Assembly: GCA_964464605.1 (NCBI GenBank)
Contig: CAYXJN010000005.1
Coordinates: 1-64,000, forward strand
Length of the DNA stretch: 64,000 bases
Direction of reading: 5' to 3'
DNA from: an uncultured Ignavibacteriales bacterium
GTDB taxonomy: Bacteria; Zixibacteria; MSB-5A5; GN15; FEB-12
The position numbers were made by a program, and so were the translations under genes. Below the pieces are notes generated by a model. The model did no database searches. It was not told the origin of the DNA and saw only the letters and a program-made list of their open reading frames with translations. Shown piece after piece: positions 50,841-59,215 of this stretch; the first letter of the stretch is position 1, and each line of letters opens with the position of its first letter.

Positions 50841-51043
50841 CTTGGGGTGAACCGAGCGTGTAACGGAACACCCCGTCAGTTGAAGAGCCACCTTGGACTG
50901 ACACCAAACACAACGGAACGATAACGTTTCAAAAGAGGAGACAGAAACCGAGTAACGCTGACTTCAATTGCAAACAGCATTCAACGAAGTTAGTAAGATT
51001 GCATTCCTACGCAAAAAAATTAGAGAACCCAGGAGGTATGGTA

Positions 51044-54000
51044 ATGTTTAGAAAGTTATTAGCCTCGTTCGCATTGCTGTTGGCGCTGCCGTTTGCAGTG
51101 TCTGCGCAGGTTAGCGAAGCAGGCAAGCCAGTGAAACAGATTTTCGACGCGAGTATCGTCGGAACTGTTGTCTGGCATTCTGACACGATTTATAACATCA
51201 AAGAAGGCGTCTATGTCGACTCCGGTGAAGTACTCATCATTCAACCGGGTACGATCATTAAGTCCGACTCCGGCACACAGGCCAACGCCAAGTACTTGTT
51301 TGTTTCTAAAGGCGGAAAAATTTATGCGGAAGGTACGCCGACCTGTCCGATTATTTTCACCTCCATTTTTGATAACGTCGATAATCCGACCGATCTTCCG
51401 TTAGCCCCATCAAGCAAAGGTCTCTGGGGTGGGTTGGTTCTGGCCGGTCGCGCCGTTATTAACACGCCGGGTGGTTCAGCCAATGCTGAAGGTATTCCTC
51501 CGTCAGCTCGTACGCTATACGGCGGTTCCGATGATAACGATAACTCCGGCGTAGTCCGTTACGTTTCGTTGCGCCACGGTGGAACCATTTTGGCTCCGAA
51601 CAATGAAATCAACGGCATCACATTTTATGGCGTGGGACGCAAGACCCGCGTTGATCACGTCGAAGCCTACATGGGCGCAGACGATGGTCTTGAATTCTTC
51701 GGCGGCACAGTCAACGTAAAGTATGTCGCGTCTATTTTCAATGACGACGACAACCTCGACACCGACGTGGGATATCGCGGTTCCATCCAGTATGGTTGCA
51801 TCCTTCAGTTTCCGGATTGGGGTGATCGCTTTTTCGAACAGGATGGCGCACTCGCTGCTCCGTGGACAGATCTCCCGGCTTCCCGCCCGATTGTTGCCAA
51901 CATTACTGCTATCGGTTCCGGTGCAGTCGGTGCGGCCGTCGGTTCAGCCGATCTTATGCGCGAAAACACCGGTGGTGCTCACTACAACAGCATCCTGATG
52001 GATCGTAAATCGGGTGGTAACTCATTTGATATCGAAACCCGTCCGTCCGGCACCCATTCTTCATTGAACAACTACCTTCCTGAAGGTGATGCCAATGATC
52101 CCTGGGTTGGCCAGGCTGCGTTCGAACCACTCAACGTTAAAAACAACATTTTCTACCTGAAGAATGGCGGCCCGGTTTCTTTTGCTGCTGCAATAACGGC
52201 AAAAATGACGTTGGAAAATCTTGTCAATATTGATCCGCTCGTCAATGCAGTAGATCGTACTCAGAGCGGTATTTTTGATCCGACACTTTCGGCGCTTTCA
52301 CCCGCTGCTATCGGTGGAGTTGCGAATCCGACCGATCCGGATAACTGGCTTGACGATGTAGCTTATCAGGGTGGTTTCGATCCGAACGGTGAAAACTGGA
52401 TGTGCTATTGGACGTTCACCTCTTGGGGTGGCATTATGACCTCTTGCGATCCGTATGAAACCTGGTCGTGCATTACCGAAACCGGTAAGCCGATCAAACA
52501 GGTGTTCGATACGTCCATTCACGGCACCGTGTATTTCTCTAACGACACGATCTGGAACATTAAAGAAGGTGTCTATGTCGACAGCGGCGAAATTCTCGTT
52601 GTCGGTCCGGGTACCGTTATTAAATCCGACTCCGGTCAGCAGGCCAACGCCAAGTACATCAATATCACCCGCGGTGGTAAGGGTTACTGGAATGGTTGCC
52701 CGGATTGCCCGGTTGTTATGACTTCTGTTTTCGATAACGTCGAAGATGAATTTGATCTTCCGCTTTCACCGGCCTCTAAGGGCTTGTGGGGTGGTTTGGT
52801 GCTCAACGGCTACGCCGTTATCAATCTGCCCGGCGGTACCGGTAACGACGAAGGCATTCCGCCGTCAGCTCGTACCATCTACGGCGGTAGCGATGACAAC
52901 GACAATTCCGGTTCTTTCCGTTACGTTTCACTGCGTCATGGTGGTACCGTCCTGGCTCCGAATAATGAAATCAACGGTATGACTTTCTACGCTGTTGGTC
53001 GTCAGACTCGTGTCGATCACATCGAAGCCTATATGGGCGCAGATGATGGATTCGAATGGTTTGGCGGTACGGTCAACACCAAGTACATGCTCTCTATCTT
53101 TAACGATGATGACGCGTGGGATACCGATCAGGGTTATCGCGGTGCCAGCCAGTTTGGTATCGATCTGAAATTCCCGGATTGGGGTGATCGTTTTACCGAA
53201 CAGGACGGTGCAGCCGCTGCTCCGTGGACAGATCTTCCAGTCGCTCGTCCGCTCTGGGCGAACATGACCTGGGTTGGTTCAGGTACTGGTGGTGCAGCAG
53301 TTGGTGGAGCGATTCTTGAACGCGAAAACACTGCTGGCGGTCACTACAACAACTTGGTTACTGATGCCAAGCCGTCTACTGCTCTGGACATTCAGCAGTT
53401 TGCAGCCGGCACACACTCAGCCCGTAACAACTTCATCGTTCCGGATGGCGGCGCGGGTGACCCGTGGCCCGGTCAAGGACCGTATACCGGTGAAGAATTG
53501 CGCATTCGCAATAACCGTTACTTCAAGTTCAACGGTTCGATTAATACTCTGGTGAACTCACCGAACTTCAATGACTCCATTGAAACCAAAGTCCGTTCAC
53601 AAAACGGTGTAGATAAGTCCCCGTTCCTCGGTCACATCCAGCGCGATCAGAATCAGGGTTTCGACCCGCGTCCGCGTCCGATGCCGACCTATCCGGGCGG
53701 ACAGAATCCGGTTTGGAATACCGGTATCGCCAACCCGACCGATCCGGACAACGTGTTGGATGATGTGAACTACGTTGGCGCTATCGCCGGTAACACGCCG
53801 TTTGACAGCGTCTGGTTCTATCGCTGGTCGTTCCTTGCATGCGGCAAGATTTACGGCACCAACTATACGCCGAGCTGCTGCGTATTGCGCGGTAACGTCA
53901 ACAATCTTGGTGGTATCACGGTTGCAGACTTAACCTTCCTGGTTCAGTTCCTGTTCAACTCTGGTGCTGCCCCGGCTTGTACGGATCAGGCGAACGTAAA

Positions 54001-54088
54001 CGGCTTGGCCGGTATCACGGTTGCAGACTTAACCTTCCTGGTTCAGTATCTGTTCAACGGTGGTGCGCAGCCGCCCGATTGCGAATAA
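51044..54088 (+). CDS. secreted protein with two tandem copies of an Asp-rich beta-helix-like domain and a C-terminal dockerin
   Basis: AGGAGG SD 7 nt before ATG 51044. WGGLVL.G.A...DDNDNSG..RYVSLRHGG...NEING.TFY...DDG.E.FGGTVN occurs twice; tail CC.LRGNVN...ITVADLTFLVQFLF...C...ITVADLTFLVQYLF...C. Confidence 0.85.
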   Translation: MFRKLLASFALLLALPFAVSAQVSEAGKPVKQIFDASIVGTVVWHSDTIYNIKEGVYVDSGEVLIIQPGTIIKSDSGTQANAKYLFVSKGGKIYAEGTPTCPIIFTSIFDNVDNPTDLPLAPSSKGLWGGLVLAGRAVINTPGGSANAEGIPPSARTLYGGSDDNDNSGVVRYVSLRHGGTILAPNNEINGITFYGVGRKTRVDHVEAYMGADDGLEFFGGTVNVKYVASIFNDDDNLDTDVGYRGSIQYGCILQFPDWGDRFFEQDGALAAPWTDLPASRPIVANITAIGSGAVGAAVGSADLMRENTGGAHYNSILMDRKSGGNSFDIETRPSGTHSSLNNYLPEGDANDPWVGQAAFEPLNVKNNIFYLKNGGPVSFAAAITAKMTLENLVNIDPLVNAVDRTQSGIFDPTLSALSPAAIGGVANPTDPDNWLDDVAYQGGFDPNGENWMCYWTFTSWGGIMTSCDPYETWSCITETGKPIKQVFDTSIHGTVYFSNDTIWNIKEGVYVDSGEILVVGPGTVIKSDSGQQANAKYINITRGGKGYWNGCPDCPVVMTSVFDNVEDEFDLPLSPASKGLWGGLVLNGYAVINLPGGTGNDEGIPPSARTIYGGSDDNDNSGSFRYVSLRHGGTVLAPNNEINGMTFYAVGRQTRVDHIEAYMGADDGFEWFGGTVNTKYMLSIFNDDDAWDTDQGYRGASQFGIDLKFPDWGDRFTEQDGAAAAPWTDLPVARPLWANMTWVGSGTGGAAVGGAILERENTAGGHYNNLVTDAKPSTALDIQQFAAGTHSARNNFIVPDGGAGDPWPGQGPYTGEELRIRNNRYFKFNGSINTLVNSPNFNDSIETKVRSQNGVDKSPFLGHIQRDQNQGFDPRPRPMPTYPGGQNPVWNTGIANPTDPDNVLDDVNYVGAIAGNTPFDSVWFYRWSFLACGKIYGTNYTPSCCVLRGNVNNLGGITVADLTFLVQFLFNSGAAPACTDQANVNGLAGITVADLTFLVQYLFNGGAQPPDCE
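53912..54058 (+). repeat. near-identical 48-nt direct repeat encoding the two dockerin helices
   Basis: GGTATCACGGTTGCAGACTTAACCTTCCTGGTTCAGT is exact (37 nt) at 53912 and 54011, followed by 2 mismatches and CTGTTCAAC. Confidence 0.9.
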
Positions 54089-54109
54089 CAAGTCTCTGCA
54101 CTTGCATAC

Positions 54110-54140
54110 AAAAAGCCGCATTCGAAAGAATGCGGCTTTT
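54110..54140. terminator. bidirectional intrinsic terminator
   Basis: AAAAGCCGCATTC-gaaa-GAATGCGGCTTTT between convergent genes. Confidence 0.9.
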
Positions 54141-54164
54141 CTATTTCAATTTTTTGTAAATCAG

Positions 54165-55253
54165 TTAGTGATGTCCGGTGTGCGGTTCATGGAAATGAAC
54201 CATAAACGGTCGGTTGCCGGCAGTAATCGAATCAGTCACAACATTGTTGATGCCGTCGATGACATAAATATGTCCCGGTGTACCGGCCGCTTCATTGGCA
54301 CAGGCGACATAGACCGTGCTGCCGTTATCATTGGTAGCGATACCGAATGAGAGTGCACCCACCGGAATATCAGCTATTACCGGACGGCTGGCCGATGAGA
54401 GATCAACAACCACCAGTGAGTTACCATAGAAAGTTGATACATACAAACGGCTGCCAGACGGTGAAATATACAGCTGAGTCGGGCCGGAGGTTGCGCCGTG
54501 CGAAACAATCGGAATCGCGATCGTATCGATAATCGTTCCGGTGCTTAAATCAAGTACGCGAACTTCATGGCTGGTGCGGCAGGCTATGTAGACAAGCGAA
54601 TCATTATCGATTGCCAGACCGTACGGACCGTAGTTTGTTGTCCCTGACCAAGGTGTGCCGACATCGATAATATTGATAATCGAATCACCATTCACATCAT
54701 AAACCACCACGTTATCTGTTCCGTAATTGCAGAAAACCAGGAAATCTCCGGTGGCGCTCATTTTGATATCATGGGTCAACTGCGTTGCCGATGATTTTGC
54801 GCTGTCACCATTAAAATTCATAGTGGTCAAATCGAGTCGGTACATACCACCGCTTGATTGGGTGAAATCGGTAACATATCCGGTTACCCCATCCGGGCTG
54901 ATAGCGACAGCGGTGGGAAAGAGTGTCGAAGGGCCGTCGGCGCGATCGACAAAACCATTCGTTTCCATATTGAACTTGGCGATTTGTCCCGGTACATGGC
55001 GGCCCACGACAAACATGAATTCATGGTTGCGGGTCATTTCCATGTGGTGCGGTTCATCGACCATCGCGTCAAAATCAGTTACGAATTCATGGGTTTGCCA
55101 GTCATAAATAGCAACCTTGTCATCTCCTTGATTAAGCACATAGATGCCGCCTTTCGGTTCTTCCGGTTCGGCTGGCTTTTTATTGCTGCATCCAAGCGCA
55201 ATAAGAACGCTTGTACATGCGGCGAGTACTGTTAGTGTGTAAACTCTTTTCAT
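54165..55253 (-). CDS. YncE/YVTN beta-propeller lipoprotein
   Basis: Lipobox ALGC and repeats such as PTAVAISPDG, LYVS and VVDL. Confidence 0.8.
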   Translation of the reverse strand: MKRVYTLTVLAACTSVLIALGCSNKKPAEPEEPKGGIYVLNQGDDKVAIYDWQTHEFVTDFDAMVDEPHHMEMTRNHEFMFVVGRHVPGQIAKFNMETNGFVDRADGPSTLFPTAVAISPDGVTGYVTDFTQSSGGMYRLDLTTMNFNGDSAKSSATQLTHDIKMSATGDFLVFCNYGTDNVVVYDVNGDSIINIIDVGTPWSGTTNYGPYGLAIDNDSLVYIACRTSHEVRVLDLSTGTIIDTIAIPIVSHGATSGPTQLYISPSGSRLYVSTFYGNSLVVVDLSSASRPVIADIPVGALSFGIATNDNGSTVYVACANEAAGTPGHIYVIDGINNVVTDSITAGNRPFMVHFHEPHTGHH

Positions 55254-55324
55254 TGACCTATTCCTTAAACTATCACCGGTGGTTGGTGACTATCAATTGT
55301 ATCCTATGCAATATCTGTTATACA

Positions 55325-57361
55325 CTACGGGCAGGGGACGGGAGCAGCGCCGCTTCGAAACAGGAAATTTACCAAGTAGGTAAGGTCGCCGATATTTGCG
55401 AGCGCACCGGTTCCGTTTACGTTTGCCTCCTGCGGGCAAATCGGGGCCGGTCCGTCACGGAAGAGATAATTAATCAGATAGGTAAGGTCTTGAATCGTTG
55501 CGTTGTCGGTGCCGCTGCCGTTGACATCGCCGGTGTTATCAATGCAGCATCCGGCATTACGGAAAAATGAAACACCGCCGTCATCCTCACCGATAAACAG
55601 GTCATTATCACCGTCATTGTCGATGTTGGTAAAGGATGCTGACAGGGAATATCCTTCCGTCCATCCCGGTATCGTATCCGGCATTGCAACAAAAGTGAAT
55701 GAATCCGGAAACTGACCGATCGGTGCGGTATTACGAAACCAGGTAAGACCGCGGTTGTAGACGCCCAAGAGCACATCGACCCGGTTATCTTTATCCCAAT
55801 CGTATAAACAAGGAATCGTAAACTCACGCGTTGCTACCGGAAGTACAAAAGCGGAGAACAAGGTAAAAGCCGGTACTGTTGGCGTGCCGGTGTTTTGATA
55901 GAGGCGCACATTCGCTTTGGAATTGAAATCCCATTCACCAACTACTAAATCCAATAAATTGTCGTTGTTCATATCTGCAATGCGCGGAACTGCCTGACGA
56001 TCGGTTTTGATTCCCTGGTAAAAATCAGTTTCTAACACGGCGTTGAAATTTTGCGGAGTGCCGTCATTGCGCCAATATTGTATGCGGCCGATAGAGGTAC
56101 CGATGAGCAAATCTAAATCTCCATCTGAATCCAAATCGGCAAGGCAGGGGTTGGCATTGGCGAGTACGTCTATACTTTGAAACTGTGAATCAACCATCGT
56201 AAACGCCGGATTGCTCGCCGAACCTGTGTTTTCATAGAGAGCGATAAGGCCATTCAGTCCGCCTAAGAGCATGTCGATATCGCCGTCATCATCGATATCA
56301 CCGAAGGTCGGATGCGAACCGCTGCCAACATCGATCATCGAGATATAATTGCGTGAGGTTTCTACAAACGCAGCGGAATCGATGTTTCCGGTATTGGTAT
56401 AGAGAATAAAGTTGTCGATATCGGCGTAGTTTGCCGCACCGACCAACAGATCGAGATCATTGTCATTGTCCAAATCCCAAAACGCGGCATGGTTGTACCC
56501 GGATGAAGTCGTCGGCAGATACGTTTCCGTTTCCCATTGTAAATTGGAAACGAGCGGCGTTCCGAGATTTCTGAAGAGATACATGTTGGTATTAAACAAA
56601 TCCCCCCAGAACAGATCGAGGTCATTGTCATCATCGATATCGGCAAAGCAGACATTGGAGAACCCATGCTGTGGATTCATCTCTAATTGCGCCAGCACAC
56701 CGCCGCCTGCACCCGGATACGCAAACACGGAGTCATAAAACGGGGTGATAAACTCAAACTGCGGATTTTGCGGCGTACCGATATTCTGGTAATACCACAT
56801 ATATCCGGTCGGGTTGCCGTAGAAGAAATCAAAATCTCCATCTCCATCCAAGTCAGCAAACTTCGGTGTGTTGTTTATTTCCGTTAGAAAAGTAGAATCC
56901 CCGGGACCGAACAACGTGTCAGTGACGACAAAGTCATAGACTGACGGCGTCCCGATGTTTTCACAAAAGGTAGTCCCGGCATTTCGATTGTCGCAGAACA
57001 AATCCTTATCTCCGTCAGCATCGATGTCGATGAAAGTGTGCCAGGTACCGATATCGATATTGCCGATTCTATTGTCGGCCGTTAGCCAGTGGGGATTGTT
57101 GACGGCGCCGATATTGCGCAGATAAATTAGCGTACCGTTTCTAAAACCGATGCACAAATCGACCAGGCCGTCATTGTTCAAATCGACAAAAGAAGGTTTG
57201 GGGTCATTAAGACCGCCGAAGAAGGGAATAGCCAAAGGGGAGCCGTCTACCGTAACCGGAAAGGCCTCATGCTCGCGGACAAATTGGTCTGCTTGTGCGG
57301 TTAGGGTAAATAACCCGACGAGCAGAAAAGCCAGAGTTGTCAGATATCGCAGGTTCTTCAT
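55325..57361 (-). CDS. secreted FG-GAP/VCBS-repeat protein with C-terminal dockerin
   Basis: Start taken at MKNLRYL. Many DxDxDGDxDL repeats; tail CC...GDVNGSG...IQDLTYLINYLF...C...NVNGTG...IGDLTYLVNFLF...CP. Confidence 0.85.
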   Translation of the reverse strand: MKNLRYLTTLAFLLVGLFTLTAQADQFVREHEAFPVTVDGSPLAIPFFGGLNDPKPSFVDLNNDGLVDLCIGFRNGTLIYLRNIGAVNNPHWLTADNRIGNIDIGTWHTFIDIDADGDKDLFCDNRNAGTTFCENIGTPSVYDFVVTDTLFGPGDSTFLTEINNTPKFADLDGDGDFDFFYGNPTGYMWYYQNIGTPQNPQFEFITPFYDSVFAYPGAGGGVLAQLEMNPQHGFSNVCFADIDDDNDLDLFWGDLFNTNMYLFRNLGTPLVSNLQWETETYLPTTSSGYNHAAFWDLDNDNDLDLLVGAANYADIDNFILYTNTGNIDSAAFVETSRNYISMIDVGSGSHPTFGDIDDDGDIDMLLGGLNGLIALYENTGSASNPAFTMVDSQFQSIDVLANANPCLADLDSDGDLDLLIGTSIGRIQYWRNDGTPQNFNAVLETDFYQGIKTDRQAVPRIADMNNDNLLDLVVGEWDFNSKANVRLYQNTGTPTVPAFTLFSAFVLPVATREFTIPCLYDWDKDNRVDVLLGVYNRGLTWFRNTAPIGQFPDSFTFVAMPDTIPGWTEGYSLSASFTNIDNDGDNDLFIGEDDGGVSFFRNAGCCIDNTGDVNGSGTDNATIQDLTYLINYLFRDGPAPICPQEANVNGTGALANIGDLTYLVNFLFRSGAAPVPCP

Positions 57362-57470
57362 ACTTTGAATATATACTATCTCTACCAGTGAGGTCGGCAG
57401 AAGGGACTCAACAATATACAACTTGTATGGCGGAAAAAGAGTTCACCGAAAAGAAATAGTCCGTTTTTGT

Positions 57471-58418
57471 TTATCCGGCAGAGGCAGCATTTACGCCGAC
57501 TTTTACCTGAAAATCGGTCATAGACAGCAGATGTTCCTGCCGTTTGCGGACGGCGGCTTCCGTGAGGGGGAAATCCGGACCGACATGTTCGATCATAATC
57601 GAGGAAACACAGGAGGCAAAACAGCCTGAACGGCGTAAGTCACCATTTGTCCGCAGGTATTCGAAGGTAAATCCGGCCATATAGGTATCGCCGCAGCCGG
57701 TTGCATCGACTACATCGGCCGGGTGAGCCGGGATATCGATAAAGGTATTGCCATCATAAATCACCGAGCCGAGTTCAGCTAAAGTTACAATAACCAGTTT
57801 CGGTCCCCATGATTTGATGATACGGGCAGCTTCGTACGGATTTTCGCGGCAATCAATTCCGGTCAGCACTTTTCCTTCGAGCTCATTCGGTTTGACGATA
57901 TCGAATTTGGCAAGCACATCTTCGATACCATCCGGTTTGTGATGGTAGATCTCCCCATCCGGATGCGCACCGCGTAAAAGTCCCTGCGGGTCGCAAAAAA
58001 AGAGCCCGGAAAAATTGCGGCGGATTTCCCGAATCATCGACGATGATACTTCTCCGAGTATCGGTCCGATAAGCACAGCCGATGCGGATTTATACAGTTC
58101 GGGAGAAAGGGAGGGAATGTCGTTGGCGCGCCCTAACAAGGAAAGGGTGCGGTTACCGAAGGCGTCATAGTACACGAGCGAAAATCCGCCGGTTTCTTTA
58201 GACGGAGTAATGGTGTGTTCGATACCGAAGCGATGTAGATCGGTCATGAAATGGGAGCGGAAATCTTCACCGACAGCGCCGATTAACCGGGTTTTTTCAC
58301 CGAGTTTTGACAATGCTAATACGGCATTAGTCGAACAACCGGAAAGCACCCGTTCTTTAGTATCGACGCGGGGGGTTTTTATATAGTCATAAACCGGATT
58401 TCCAATAGCAACAATCAT
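57471..58418 (-). CDS. PfkB/ribokinase-family kinase, myo-inositol-kinase-like
   Basis: DATGCGD anion hole, KPNELE, and DPQGLLR plus GNRTLSLL motifs resembling myo-inositol 3-kinases. Confidence 0.8.
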   Translation of the reverse strand: MIVAIGNPVYDYIKTPRVDTKERVLSGCSTNAVLALSKLGEKTRLIGAVGEDFRSHFMTDLHRFGIEHTITPSKETGGFSLVYYDAFGNRTLSLLGRANDIPSLSPELYKSASAVLIGPILGEVSSSMIREIRRNFSGLFFCDPQGLLRGAHPDGEIYHHKPDGIEDVLAKFDIVKPNELEGKVLTGIDCRENPYEAARIIKSWGPKLVIVTLAELGSVIYDGNTFIDIPAHPADVVDATGCGDTYMAGFTFEYLRTNGDLRRSGCFASCVSSIMIEHVGPDFPLTEAAVRKRQEHLLSMTDFQVKVGVNAASAG

Positions 58419-58459
58419 GGATGCACTTTGCTCCTGTTAAGTATTCGAAGTGATACTGG

Positions 58460-59110
58460 CTATACGCTTTGTTTGTCGCCCAGAACTTTGTGCGCGTAAA
58501 CAAGGCGTTGTATAGCGGTGATAAATGAAGTAATCCCGACAATGATAAGACAAAACTCCAACCAGCCGCCTTGTGGCCAGCGGCCTACCGGCAGGAAGTG
58601 CTCGATCACTGCCCCGATAACGATTAACAAAAACTTTTCGGTGCGGCCCATAATACCGACGGCGCAGTTTTCCATTTTGCCGATCGATTCGGCTGCGGCA
58701 CGGGTGTACGAGGCGATTAACATGCCGAACAATGCAAACAAACCCCATCCCGGATGAGCGGCGCCGGACATAGTGATACCGGCGAGAATAAAAAATTCAC
58801 CGTAGCGATCGCTGACATGATCGAGAATGCCGCCGAACACCGTACCGATTTTTCCTGCGCGCGCGGTAGAGCCGTCGAGCATATCGGTAAACGCCGTAAT
58901 AAGCATCCATACCACTCCCATAATCATATCATCACGCCAAAAATAGATTCCGGCGACAACTGAGCAGATAAGGGATGCGAAGGTGATGTAGTTTGGTTTA
59001 AGGCCGATTTTCAGGCAGAATTTACCCAAAAAAAGAAACGATTCTTCGTAGAATTGCCGCTTCCGCTGATTGATGCCGGGCGTGGCCTTAATCTGTACGT
59101 GCTGTTCCAT
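58460..59110 (-). CDS. CDP-alcohol phosphatidyltransferase (phosphatidylinositol-phosphate synthase-like)
   Basis: PNYIT, DMLDGSTAR...G..LDHVSDR, SYTRAAAES and VG.MGR.E. Confidence 0.88.
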   Translation of the reverse strand: MEQHVQIKATPGINQRKRQFYEESFLFLGKFCLKIGLKPNYITFASLICSVVAGIYFWRDDMIMGVVWMLITAFTDMLDGSTARAGKIGTVFGGILDHVSDRYGEFFILAGITMSGAAHPGWGLFALFGMLIASYTRAAAESIGKMENCAVGIMGRTEKFLLIVIGAVIEHFLPVGRWPQGGWLEFCLIIVGITSFITAIQRLVYAHKVLGDKQSV

Positions 59111-59215
59111 TCCTGGGTCAAAATATAGAGCAGAAAACGACGGGGAGTCAACCGGATACCGTAAATCCGCTATGTGATTGACTTATTTGCAGATTCGAGG
59201 GATATTAGATGGGCT

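Noticed and set aside
53912..54058. Possible diversity-generating retroelement TR/VR pair
   Set aside because: Both copies are in-frame dockerin halves, the mismatches are not confined to adenines, and no reverse transcriptase is in the window.
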